Shown here: one piece after another, positions 19,501-28,616 of the stretch
Position numbering within the stretch: position 1 is the first letter of the stretch
How the letters are laid out: each line of letters opens with the position of its first letter
Assembly (NCBI GenBank): GCA_903901345.1
Contig: CAIUQQ010000337.1
Span: 1-58,044 of the forward strand
Length of the DNA: 58,044 nucleotides
DNA from: an uncultured Bacteroidota bacterium
Lineage (GTDB): Bacteria; Bacteroidota; Bacteroidia; UKL13-3
Direction of reading: 5' to 3'
Notes under the pieces: generated by a model
Database searches by the model: none
Told to the model about the DNA's origin: nothing
What the model saw: only the letters and a program-made list of their open reading frames with translations
Position numbers and translations under genes: made by a program

Positions 19501-19953
19501 TTAAAAAGGTAAATCATCACTCAAACTTTCATTGTTCGGTTGACCATTTGTTTGCGTATTAGGCTCACTAACTGTGTTCGAATTTTGATTATTCGAATTA
19601 TTCGTTCCATCGTTGGTTCTATTAGGATTTCCACCTAACAAAGTAAAGTTTTGAACTCTTACTTTTAACCTCGATTTTTCTATTCCTTCTTTGTCTTTCC
19701 AAGTTTCAGTTTTTAGTTTACCTTCAATATAAACTTGACTTCCTTTTTTTAAATATTTTTCAGCAATTTTTGCTTGATTGTCCCACATTTCTATATTAAA
19801 CCATTCAGTTTCTGTTTTTCTTTCACCGTTTTTATCGGTAGTGGTTTCATTCGTTGCTAATGAAAAACTAGCTACTACTTTTTGATTGTCTAAGTGCCTT
19901 AACTCTGGGTCTCTTCCTAAGTTTCCAATTAAAATAATTTTGTTGTACGACAT
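19501..19953 (-). CDS. ssb: Single-stranded DNA-binding protein
   Basis: 150 aa with an OB-fold N-terminus (NKIILIGNLGRDPELR), a low-complexity Asn/Gln linker and the acidic tail DDLPF. Confidence 0.95.
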   Translation of the reverse strand: MSYNKIILIGNLGRDPELRHLDNQKVVASFSLATNETTTDKNGERKTETEWFNIEMWDNQAKIAEKYLKKGSQVYIEGKLKTETWKDKEGIEKSRLKVRVQNFTLLGGNPNRTNDGTNNSNNQNSNTVSEPNTQTNGQPNNESLSDDLPF

Positions 19954-19970
19954 ATTTTTAAGTTTAAAGG

Positions 19971-21035
19971 TTAATTAAAAAAAATTTGATGTTGCAATTT
20001 AACATTTGAAATCAATTTTTCAAGCAATTTTGGAACTGCATAATTATTTATTTCATCAATTTTTATTTCTATAAAATTATCAGAAAGATTAGGTTTGGTT
20101 TTACTTGTTATTTTCCAAAAACCCGCTTGTAATATTTGATGTGTTAAAATGTGTTTGTAATTTTCCATAAAAACAATTTTCAAATCGCTTATATCTTCAA
20201 AATATTTGTTTTCAATTAATTCACTTAAAACTTCCATTTCATTATTAAAAAGAGGTTTTTCAACCAATGGGAATTCAAAAAGGCCATGCCAAATATCGTT
20301 TGCACCTCGTTGGTTCAAGTAAGTATTTCCATTGTTTTCAAATATAAAATAATTAAAATACCGCGTTTTTACTTTTAATTTTTTTATTTTTACGGGTAAA
20401 TTTTTCTGTTCATTTTCTAAATAAGCAAAACAATTTGAGTTAATAGGGCAATTGATACAATCGGGATTTTGAGGCTTACAAACCATTGCACCCAATTCCA
20501 TCATTGCTTGATTATGAATGGCTGGATTGTTTTTATCAATTAAATCATCAGCAATTTTCGCAAATTCATGCTTACCAATTGTTGTATTAATATCAGTGTA
20601 AATACCCGCAAAACGAGCAATTACTCTATATACATTTCCGTCAACTACAGCTTTGCTTTCATTAAAAGCAAAAGAAGCAATTGCAGCAGCAGTATAAGGA
20701 CCAATTCCCTTGAGTTTAACTAATTCATTATAATTATTGGGGAATATTCCATTATAATTATCTCTAATATATTTAGCGGCAATATGCATGTTTCTTGCCC
20801 TACTGTAATAACCCAAACCTTGCCAAAGTTTTAAAATATCATTTAAATCAGCATTTGCAAAATCAATTATTGAATTGTAATTATCTGTAAATTTCAAATA
20901 ATATGGTAAACCTTGTTCTACCCTAGTTTGTTGTAAAATAATTTCACTTAGCCATATATAATAAGGGTTTAAGGTATGTCGCCAAGGTAAATTTCGTTTA
21001 TTATTATGATACCAGAATTGCAATTGTTTGTGCAT
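19971..21035 (-). CDS. mutY: A/G-specific adenine DNA glycosylase
   Basis: HhH-GPD core (LKGIGPYTAAAIASFAF), the Fe-S loop CKPQNPDCINCPINSNC and a C-terminal NUDIX-like domain. Confidence 0.9.
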   Translation of the reverse strand: MHKQLQFWYHNNKRNLPWRHTLNPYYIWLSEIILQQTRVEQGLPYYLKFTDNYNSIIDFANADLNDILKLWQGLGYYSRARNMHIAAKYIRDNYNGIFPNNYNELVKLKGIGPYTAAAIASFAFNESKAVVDGNVYRVIARFAGIYTDINTTIGKHEFAKIADDLIDKNNPAIHNQAMMELGAMVCKPQNPDCINCPINSNCFAYLENEQKNLPVKIKKLKVKTRYFNYFIFENNGNTYLNQRGANDIWHGLFEFPLVEKPLFNNEMEVLSELIENKYFEDISDLKIVFMENYKHILTHQILQAGFWKITSKTKPNLSDNFIEIKIDEINNYAVPKLLEKLISNVKLQHQIFFN

Positions 21036-21237
21036 GAAATAATATTGCTATAAAAAAGTAAAAATGTATTGTGCAAATAACATTTTTAAATTGCAAAAAG
21101 TTTAAAAAAAATGTTTTATTTGCACAGAATTCAAAAAAAAAATAGTTGTAACATGATTGTTTTCAAATAAATAGCTTGAAAAAATTAGGTATTGAAAAAA
21201 AAATTAATTTTTTTCAATAAATTAATAATCAATTTTA

Positions 21238-21245
21238 TACATTTG
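21238..21245 (+). promoter_or_regulatory. Candidate Bacteroidota -7 promoter box TAcaTTTG
   Basis: It matches the TAnnTTTG consensus, 49 nt upstream of the HU-family gene ATG. I see no clear -33 TTG. Confidence 0.3.
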
Positions 21246-21293
21246 CAGCCCTCGTTAAAATAAATAAATCATAAAAATCAATAAATCAACAAC

Positions 21294-21635
21294 ATGACAA
21301 AAGCAGAAATTATCACAGAGATTTCAACAAAGACAGGAATTGACAAACTTCAAGTTCAAGAGTCAGTAGAGTCGTTTTTTAAAGTAGTTCGTAATAACAT
21401 GATTGAAGGTAAAAACGTGTATTTCCGCGGTTTTGGTTCATTCATTTTGAAAAAGCGTGCTAAGAAAATTGCTCGTAATATTTCAAAAAACACAGCAATG
21501 GTAATTGATGAGCATTATATTCCTGCTTTCAAACCAGCTAAGAGTTTTACTGAAAAAATTAAGAAAAGCGATGCAGTAAAAGCAAACGCTACTAAGCGTG
21601 AAAGAGAAGCAAAATTAGCATTGAAAGAAGACTAG
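21294..21635 (+). CDS. HU/IHF-family DNA-binding protein with Lys-rich C-terminal tail
   Basis: 113 aa. MTKAEIITEISTKTGI..., FRGFGSF and the PAFKP arm are typical of the HU fold. Confidence 0.9.
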   Translation: MTKAEIITEISTKTGIDKLQVQESVESFFKVVRNNMIEGKNVYFRGFGSFILKKRAKKIARNISKNTAMVIDEHYIPAFKPAKSFTEKIKKSDAVKANATKREREAKLALKED

Positions 21636-21657
21636 TTTGAGACTTTTCATTTAAATT

Positions 21658-22500
21658 ATGCAAACCAATAAATCATTTATAATAATTGTTATATCGCTAG
21701 TACTTTTAGCTAGTGGGCTTGCTTATTTAAATTTTAGTTCAGCTGGAAACGATACTCCAATTGAAACAACAGATTCAAATGCTCCAATGGCAAAACCATT
21801 TAGCTATGATGATTATTTTATTTCAGTTAGAGATACAATTTCTCCAATTCTAAAGCTTAAAATCGATAGTTTAGAGCGTTTAATTAAAACAGACACTGGA
21901 AATTATCAAGCTAATGTAATGTTAGCACGTTTGTATGACGAAGCACATTTAAGCTTAATTTCTGCAAGTTATGTTTTTGATATAGCTACAAAATTAAACG
22001 ATGAAAGATCATGGTTTAATGCAGGTTTTAAGTTTTATGACTTTGCTGCTAACACATCAGATACTGGTGCACAAATTTATGCATCCAAAATGGCAATTAC
22101 TTCTTTTGAAAAAGTGGTGGCTATTAATGAACACAACTTAGAAGCCAAGAATGCAATGGCAATTTGTTATGTTCAAAATGATTTGGATATAATGAAAGGT
22201 GTGCAAATTTTAAAAGATGTTGTTAAACGTGATTCAAATAATGTGCAAGCAAATTACACATTAGGAATGTTAAGCAGAAGAAGTGGCCAATGGGATAAAG
22301 CAAGAATACGTTTCGAGAAATTAGCCAAACTTGATCCATTAAATAGTGAAGCATATTTTTACTTAGGTGAAACATATAGTAGCTTAAATATGAAAAAAGA
22401 AGCTATTATTGCCTACGAAACATGTATGAGTTTAATTCCTAATCAAGAATCGAAAGACGAAATAAAAAAATTAATTGATAATCTTAAACAAACAAAATAA
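21658..22500 (+). CDS. Tetratricopeptide-repeat protein with N-terminal membrane anchor
   Basis: 280 aa with a TM helix followed by TPR-like helices (EAKNAMAICY, NVQANYTLGML, SEAYFYLGETY). Confidence 0.8.
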   Translation: MQTNKSFIIIVISLVLLASGLAYLNFSSAGNDTPIETTDSNAPMAKPFSYDDYFISVRDTISPILKLKIDSLERLIKTDTGNYQANVMLARLYDEAHLSLISASYVFDIATKLNDERSWFNAGFKFYDFAANTSDTGAQIYASKMAITSFEKVVAINEHNLEAKNAMAICYVQNDLDIMKGVQILKDVVKRDSNNVQANYTLGMLSRRSGQWDKARIRFEKLAKLDPLNSEAYFYLGETYSSLNMKKEAIIAYETCMSLIPNQESKDEIKKLIDNLKQTK

Positions 22501-22505
22501 AAACT

Positions 22506-22595
22506 ATGCCAAGCGGTAAAAAAAGAAAAAGACATAAGATAGCCACGCATAAGCGTAAAAAACAGCTTCGTAAAAACAGACATAAGAAAAAATAA
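22506..22595 (+). CDS. 29-aa highly basic peptide, bS22-like (AURKAIP1/COX24-type) small ribosomal protein candidate
   Basis: Hand translation gives MPSGKKRKRHKIATHKRKKQLRKNRHKKK*. It is below the ORF-track length cut-off, starts 6 nt after the TPR gene stop, and a hairpin terminator lies about 80 nt downstream. Confidence 0.6.
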   Translation: MPSGKKRKRHKIATHKRKKQLRKNRHKKK

Positions 22596-22673
22596 TTTGG
22601 CATAAGCTAAATTGTGTTTTTATAATCTTATCAGTCAGTCGTTTTAATATATTACGGCTCTGACTCAAAACAT

Positions 22674-22722
22674 AAAAACTTAACCATTTGGGCATTTAAC
22701 ACCATTGGTTAAGTTTTTATTG
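22674..22722 (+). terminator. Hairpin terminator (aaaaacttaacca ... tggttaagttttt)
   Basis: 13-nt arms with an 19-nt loop, followed by tttttatt. Confidence 0.5.
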
Positions 22723-22764
22723 TTTTAAACAAATACGAAAAACAAACGCATTTTTAGAAAATCT

Positions 22765-22772
22765 TACATTTG
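22765..22772 (+). promoter_or_regulatory. Candidate -7 promoter box TAcaTTTG upstream of rng
   Basis: It matches TAnnTTTG and would give a 5' UTR of about 115 nt. Confidence 0.3.
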
Positions 22773-22894
22773 AAAACTTGGCTTTCGCCAATTTTTTTTA
22801 GGATAAACTCATCCCAATCAATTGCAATTTAACTAACGAAAAAACCTCAACCTTGCGTAATTGATAACAAATAAAAAAAGGGAAACTTTAAATA

Positions 22895-24448
22895 GTGAGT
22901 AACGAAATTATAATTAACGCAGACCAAACTGGCAATGTACATATTGCCATGATGCGTGACAAAAAACTAGTAGAACTCCATCATGAAAAAGCAGATAATG
23001 CATTTTTGGTTGGAGATATTTACTTTGGAACTGTAAACAAAATAATGACTGGGTTAAACTCAGCCTTTATTGACGTTGGGCATGAAAAAGATGCTTTTCT
23101 CCATTATCACGACTTAGGACCACAAGTTCAATCATTACAAAAGTGGATTAAGTTGGTTAGAAATGGCAAAACTACATCGGGAATTGAAAACGATGTAATG
23201 GAACCAGACATAGAAAAACATGGTAAAATTGGCACTTTATTAAGCCGCTTTCAACAAGTAATTGTTCAAGTAGTAAAAGAACCAATATCAAATAAAGGAC
23301 CTCGTTTATCGAGCGAATTAAGTTTACCTGGCCGTTTTATTGTTCTAATTCCATTTGATAATGCTATTGCTATTTCTAAAAAAATAGTAAAACACGATGA
23401 ACGCAATAGACTTAAAAAGCTAATGCAAACCATTAAACAGCCTAACTTTGGTGTTATTATTAGAACCAATGCTGAAGGTATTAGCGTAGAAGAGTTAGAA
23501 AAAGATTTAACAGAACTAATGGCTAAATGGGAAATTGTTTACACCCAATTAAAATCAGCAGTACCACCACAAAAACTATTAGGAGAAAGCGAAAGAACGC
23601 TTACTTTAATTAGGGATTTAGTGAATGAGGATTTTACAGGAATTCATGTAAACGATACGTATTTATATAATGAAATTAAAAATTATGTAAAATCGAAAAG
23701 CCCCGTTTTAGAAAAAATTGTTAAACTTTACACAGGAAAAGTTTCCATTTTTGAACATTTTGACATTGAAAAACAAATAAAAACTAGCTTTGGAAAAGAA
23801 GCGAATTTTTTAGGAGGATGTTATTTAATTATTGAGCATACGGAAGCTATGCACGTAATAGATGTAAACAGTGGAAATACAAGTGCAAAAAACGAAGCGC
23901 AAGAAGATAATGCTTTAAGAATTAACTTAGAAGCAGCAACTGAAGTGGCTCGCCAATTACGATTACGCGACTTAGGTGGAATTGTAGTTGTAGATTTTAT
24001 TGACCAAAAAACTGCTGGAAACCGAAAATTAGTTTACGAAAAACTAAAAGAGGAAATGAAAAGCGATAGAGCAAGACATAAAATTTTGCCTATGAGTCCT
24101 TTTGGTTTGGTTGAAATTACTCGCCAGCGAGTAAGACCAGAAATGAATATTATTACAACCGAAAAATGCCCTACCTGCAATGGAACTGGCGAAATTCAAA
24201 ACAGTGTTGTATTACTTGACGAAATTGAAAATCAAGTGAAGTATTTGATAGAAAATGTGCGTCACAAAGGATTTAGTTTGGAATTAAACCCATACTTAGC
24301 CGCTTATTTTATTCATGGAGGTTTAAAATCGCCACGTATGAAATGGTTTATTAAATACAAACGTTGGATAAAAATAAACAAAGTAAACACCCTTTCAATG
24401 GTTGATTACCGATTTATAGATAAAGACGGTGAAGCAGTAGTGTTTTAA
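22895..24448 (+). CDS. rng: Ribonuclease E/G family endoribonuclease
   Basis: 517 aa with a GTG start. It has an S1 domain (VGDIYFGTVNKIMTGLNSAFIDVG), the DNase-I-like/5'-sensor region (IDVNSG) and the Zn-link CPTCNGTG. Confidence 0.9.
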   Translation: MSNEIIINADQTGNVHIAMMRDKKLVELHHEKADNAFLVGDIYFGTVNKIMTGLNSAFIDVGHEKDAFLHYHDLGPQVQSLQKWIKLVRNGKTTSGIENDVMEPDIEKHGKIGTLLSRFQQVIVQVVKEPISNKGPRLSSELSLPGRFIVLIPFDNAIAISKKIVKHDERNRLKKLMQTIKQPNFGVIIRTNAEGISVEELEKDLTELMAKWEIVYTQLKSAVPPQKLLGESERTLTLIRDLVNEDFTGIHVNDTYLYNEIKNYVKSKSPVLEKIVKLYTGKVSIFEHFDIEKQIKTSFGKEANFLGGCYLIIEHTEAMHVIDVNSGNTSAKNEAQEDNALRINLEAATEVARQLRLRDLGGIVVVDFIDQKTAGNRKLVYEKLKEEMKSDRARHKILPMSPFGLVEITRQRVRPEMNIITTEKCPTCNGTGEIQNSVVLLDEIENQVKYLIENVRHKGFSLELNPYLAAYFIHGGLKSPRMKWFIKYKRWIKINKVNTLSMVDYRFIDKDGEAVVF

Positions 24449-24484
24449 AAATTTATAGCAGTATTTATTCCTGCTTTAGCATAA

Positions 24485-24519
24485 AAAATCCGTAAAGTTC
24501 AGTCTTTACGGATTTTTTT
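24485..24519 (+). terminator. Rho-independent terminator of rng
   Basis: Stem aatccgtaaag / ctttacggatt followed by T7. Confidence 0.7.
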
Positions 24520-24539
24520 ATGAATATTTTCTAAATAAA

Positions 24540-24621
24540 CAGTCAGTTTGAGCGGAGTCGAGAACCATTAACTATGTCTCGACTCCGCTCGACATGACTA
24601 ACGACTACGCTCGACATGACC
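24540..24621. repeat. GC-rich REP-like element copy 1 (hairpin plus one tandem 22-mer)
   Basis: cagtcagtttgagcggagtcgagaac-N10-gtctcgactccgctcgacatgac forms a stem of about 17 bp. It is followed by aacgactacgctcgacatgacc. Confidence 0.85.
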
Positions 24622-24649
24622 TATAAAATAATTAGCAAATTTAAATTCT

Positions 24650-24754
24650 CAGTCAGTTCGAGCGGAGTCGAGAACAGTTTAACTATGTCTCGACTCCGCT
24701 CGACATGACCAACGACTACGCTCGACATGACCAACGACTCCGCTCGACATGACC
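24650..24754. repeat. GC-rich REP-like element copy 2 (hairpin plus two tandem 22-mers)
   Basis: cagtcagttcgagcggagtcgagaac-N11-gtctcgactccgctcgacatgacc, then aacgactacgctcgacatgacc and aacgactccgctcgacatgacc. It ends 16 nt from the helicase stop. Confidence 0.85.
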
Positions 24755-24769
24755 AAAACTTAATTTTTT

Positions 24770-27700
24770 TTACTCTTCCTCCTCTCCTACTTTATCCATT
24801 TCTATTTTAAAATCGGTGCTGGCATAATAGTTTTTGGTAAACTCACACCAATGGCAATCGGCTTTTCCGCAGCCATTGCTAAATTCTTTGGCTTTTATTT
24901 TAGTAAAAGCAAAATCTATTTGCCCTAAAACCGTTTCAATATCTAATGGAGAAATTGGAACTCTAATTTTATTGAAATTATTTGTTTTTTTATCAGGTTC
25001 TACAAAGTCGAATTCACAAGTTTGCATATCCCAGTTTTGTGTTTTTGGGTCTTTATCATAATCCATTAGTATTTTGTAAAACACTGCTTGTCGCCAATAA
25101 TCACCACCAAATTTATCTTCAAACTTGGGTTCTTTTTTATCAGCTTCCTCTTTTATTACATTTTCAGGATTAGGCGTTTTAAACTTTTCTCGTGCATTGT
25201 CAATATTGCCTGTTTTGTAATCTACTACATTTACCACATTCCCTGCAAATTCTAGTTTATCTAACTTTCCATTTAATGGAACATTTTTTACCACTACATT
25301 TTTCAAACTTCGTTCTACACTGGTAATTTTATTCCATTCATTGATATATTTAGTATAATATTTTGGCAAAAACTGATCGCCATATTCCATGCGTAATTTA
25401 AATTCTTGAGGAGTAAAATTTTGTTCATTTCTGCGCATAAACCAAGCAAAATCCTTTAACATTTCTTCAGCAGTAGCAAAGGTTTTCTCGTCATTGCTAT
25501 TCATGTTTCGGAACAGTTTTTCTAAGGCATAATGAACTGCGCTACCAAAAGTCATGCTGGCACTTAATGGCGCTGGCACCTTAATTAAACTGTTAAAGTA
25601 AAACGCAGTTGGACATTTCAAATAAGAACTTAAGTGAGTTACACTCAACGTGTATTTTTCCAATAATTCATTTACAAAATCATTGTTAAATAATTGGTCG
25701 GCAGCTTGGTGTTTTTGGTTTTGCCAAACTATCAATTCAAAGTTTGTTAAATCGGCATCACTCACTGCATAATCGCTATTTTTTATTCCTGCAAACTCTT
25801 CTAATTCTGCCAAGAATTGACTTTTTTCTAGCTCTTTGCTATTGTTATCATGCGTTAAATAACTTAAGTTCAATTGCTTTTTTGCACGAGTCATACCTAC
25901 ATAAAACAACCTGCGTTTTTCTTCCAAATCATTTTCTTTATTGATTTCAAATAAAGTATCTGGTAGGGAATAACTGCTGTGTTTACGAGATTTTTCCCAA
26001 ACATTTGCATTGATACCAATGATAAAAACATGCTCAAATTCTAATCCTTTTGACGAATGTGTGGTAATAAAATTTACACCATCCAAATTATAAATCAAGC
26101 GCTGTGATGGCAATTGAATTTTTTCTTTTTCCATGGTATCTATTGTATTTACCAATTGCTTTAAAGCAGTTTTGGTATTGCGCACACATTCACTTTTCAC
26201 AAAATCGAAAAAGGTATGAAGTAACTGCATATTATAAGTTCGCTCATCACTTTGCAAAGCTTCAAAAAGCAAACCGCTATCGTTTATTATTTCTTTAATT
26301 AAATGCTGTAAAGTTAAATTTGCCGCGCTGCTAATCCATTTTTCAATCAAAGAAGACGCTTTTACGAATAGTTCATTTACATTTACATCTTCTATAAAAA
26401 TACTTGGTTTTGGGTCAATAAAGTTTTGTTTCAAACCTTGTCGCCAACCAGTTTTCTCCCACGTTACATCTTTTTGATTGTTCAAGTCGTTCATTTTATT
26501 AGCAAACCTTGCCAATTCAATGCTTGGTAAACGAAAGAAATTGTAGTGTAAAATTTCAAATAACAAATATTCGCCACTATGGGGTTTTGTTAACTCTGCG
26601 TTGATGTAACGTAAAATGGTAAGCAATTTTTTGATGAGCATTTCATCAAAAGCATTGGCTCTTTTGCGGGTATTAATTTGAATATTGTGATGCTGTAACC
26701 ATGCAATTAAATCTTCGGCTTGCTTGTGATTATGGAACAACACAGCTATTTCATTTAAAGGAACACCTTGTTCTTTTAAAGCCATTATTTGCATAGCAAT
26801 ATGCGTGCTTTGATGTGCTTCATTTTGATAAGCAAATATGTTTGGAGGATTGGTTAAATCAGCAAACTTTTCGTTGCTAGCCAGCAATGTTTTATCAGGA
26901 TTAATCCTTGTATTGTTCTGACTAATTAACGCTTTACTGGCATCTAAAATTACTTGACTACTGCGGTAATTTTGTACCAATGAAATGGTTTTTAAATCCT
27001 GCGCTGCATATTTATTGATATAAAAATTAATGTTCTCCACGTTAGCACCTTGAAACCTGTAAATAGATTGGTCATCATCGCCAACGGCAAATACATTGGG
27101 CTTTTCGTTGTTCTTTAGCAGCTGAAACAACAAATCATTTTGCGCACCACTGGTATCTTGGTATTCATCTACCAAAAAGTACAAATACTTTTCTTGGTAT
27201 TGCGCTAGTATTTCCGGTTTTTGGTTAAATGCTTCAATTACCCATAAAATCATGTCTGCAAAATCGTAACGATTGGTGTGTTTTAACTTAGCTTGATAGG
27301 TTTCAAAAGTGGCAGATGCAGCTCGTAATACTTGCATTTTCTGCACTTCTTTATCATAGGCAGCTTGTTTTAAATCACCAGGGTTAAACTCTTTGTATTT
27401 GCGTTTGTACACAAATTCATCGCGGGTTTTGATGTCTTCTAAATAAGTATCTATTTTATTGCTAATTAACGCTGCGCTCCAATTTTCGCGTTTCATGGCT
27501 TGATACAAATTTAACAAGCGATTGGTTTCGTAATAGATATCGCCAGTATAACGTTTCAGCGGATTTTCAGCTTCAAACTTATCAATGATTTCATGCACCA
27601 AATTTATTTGCTCTAACTCACTGATTGCATCTAAACTTCTTATACCAAAATAGTCTAAGTTTTCTTGAATAACGGCATTGCTAAAAGCATGAAAAGTAAA

Positions 27701-27976
27701 AATGTCAATTCTATACGCATCAGTTCCAATAATATCAATGAGGCGTTTGCGCATGGCAATGGTTCCTGCATCGGTATAAGTTAGGCATAAAATACTTTCG
27801 GCTGTGGTGTCGGTTTTGGTTAAAATATTGGCAATTCTACTTGCTAATATTTGTGTTTTTCCAGTTCCTGGCCCGGCTATCACAAGCATAGGGCCATCAA
27901 TTTGTTCTACTGCACTGCGTTGCTCTGAATTCAATTGATTTAATAAATCGGTAAAAGGGATTTTTGTTTGTGCCAT
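24770..27976 (-). CDS. UvrD/PcrA-type SF1 helicase fused to RecB-family PD-(D/E)XK nuclease with Fe-S cysteines
   Basis: Walker A AGPGTGKT, DEYQDT, VGDDDQSIYRFQGA and the late helicase motif TTHSSKGLEF..VGMTRAK. The C-terminal nuclease has GKLDKL, VVDYKTG and QAVFYK, plus Cys in YLKCP and CGKADCHWC. I prefer the ATG at 27976 (the track start at 27982 is TTG). Confidence 0.9.
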   Translation of the reverse strand: MAQTKIPFTDLLNQLNSEQRSAVEQIDGPMLVIAGPGTGKTQILASRIANILTKTDTTAESILCLTYTDAGTIAMRKRLIDIIGTDAYRIDIFTFHAFSNAVIQENLDYFGIRSLDAISELEQINLVHEIIDKFEAENPLKRYTGDIYYETNRLLNLYQAMKRENWSAALISNKIDTYLEDIKTRDEFVYKRKYKEFNPGDLKQAAYDKEVQKMQVLRAASATFETYQAKLKHTNRYDFADMILWVIEAFNQKPEILAQYQEKYLYFLVDEYQDTSGAQNDLLFQLLKNNEKPNVFAVGDDDQSIYRFQGANVENINFYINKYAAQDLKTISLVQNYRSSQVILDASKALISQNNTRINPDKTLLASNEKFADLTNPPNIFAYQNEAHQSTHIAMQIMALKEQGVPLNEIAVLFHNHKQAEDLIAWLQHHNIQINTRKRANAFDEMLIKKLLTILRYINAELTKPHSGEYLLFEILHYNFFRLPSIELARFANKMNDLNNQKDVTWEKTGWRQGLKQNFIDPKPSIFIEDVNVNELFVKASSLIEKWISSAANLTLQHLIKEIINDSGLLFEALQSDERTYNMQLLHTFFDFVKSECVRNTKTALKQLVNTIDTMEKEKIQLPSQRLIYNLDGVNFITTHSSKGLEFEHVFIIGINANVWEKSRKHSSYSLPDTLFEINKENDLEEKRRLFYVGMTRAKKQLNLSYLTHDNNSKELEKSQFLAELEEFAGIKNSDYAVSDADLTNFELIVWQNQKHQAADQLFNNDFVNELLEKYTLSVTHLSSYLKCPTAFYFNSLIKVPAPLSASMTFGSAVHYALEKLFRNMNSNDEKTFATAEEMLKDFAWFMRRNEQNFTPQEFKLRMEYGDQFLPKYYTKYINEWNKITSVERSLKNVVVKNVPLNGKLDKLEFAGNVVNVVDYKTGNIDNAREKFKTPNPENVIKEEADKKEPKFEDKFGGDYWRQAVFYKILMDYDKDPKTQNWDMQTCEFDFVEPDKKTNNFNKIRVPISPLDIETVLGQIDFAFTKIKAKEFSNGCGKADCHWCEFTKNYYASTDFKIEMDKVGEEEE

Positions 27977-28003
27977 TTTCAAAAGTAATGATAAATGAGA
28001 AGA

Positions 28004-28079
28004 GTTGCCACTGATTTCACTGAAAATTTAACCACAGAGGTCACAGAGGTTTTTCACAGAGAACACAAAGGAATTTGCC
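28004..28079. repeat. CACAGA-type intergenic repeat, copy A
   Basis: gttgccactgatttcactgaaaatttaaccacagaggtcacagaggtttttcacagagaacacaaaggaatttgcc. It is near-identical to 29620-29697. Confidence 0.85.
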
Positions 28080-28102
28080 GAAAATTATACTCAACAAACA
28101 GA

Positions 28103-28615
28103 TTATTTTACAGTTAATGAGTATTTACAATAACTATATTTTGGAGGTAAGTTAGCGATGGAAATAATACTTAAACTGGTGCTAATAAGCATAACAGGAA
28201 AAGAAATAACTGCGGCTAACTGACTGACAGAATTGGCAGTATTTTTTTTGCTAATTCCATATACCATAAATGCAGTTGAAAACAATGATATACCGGTAAA
28301 AACACGCGCAAATAAATGTTTGGAATGGTAGGCGTTATTATGAAATTGAATAGATTTTAAATCACTGTATAAACAATTATATTCATTTATTTGATTTGGC
28401 TGCGATTTGAAAATTAACGAATCGCCATTAACACCTTCCAATACCAATGTTTTGGAAATTTGATTTTTAAATTTACAATGAACTTTTATAGGCAATTTAA
28501 ACAATTGCGCATTTGAAATTTCACCACTGGAATTTGATGATAAAATGATGCTTTGTTGTGCGTTGCAAAGCAAAGCAAACATCAAGAAAACGAATAAATA
28601 AATTGCTGATTTCAT
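28103..28615 (-). CDS. Small exported protein, signal peptide plus 2-TM tail (paralog family member C)
   Basis: I prefer the ATG at 28615 (MKSAIYLFVFLMFALLCNAQQ). It has the GDSLIFK motif, the conserved IQF segment and two C-terminal helices. Confidence 0.7.
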   Translation of the reverse strand: MKSAIYLFVFLMFALLCNAQQSIILSSNSSGEISNAQLFKLPIKVHCKFKNQISKTLVLEGVNGDSLIFKSQPNQINEYNCLYSDLKSIQFHNNAYHSKHLFARVFTGISLFSTAFMVYGISKKNTANSVSQLAAVISFPVMLISTSLSIISIANLPPKYSYCKYSLTVK

Positions 28616-28616
28616 A

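Noticed and set aside
22504-22695. 63-aa minus-strand ORF
   Set aside because: It is antisense to the conserved-looking 29-aa basic peptide ORF and spans its terminator hairpin. It has no plausible features.
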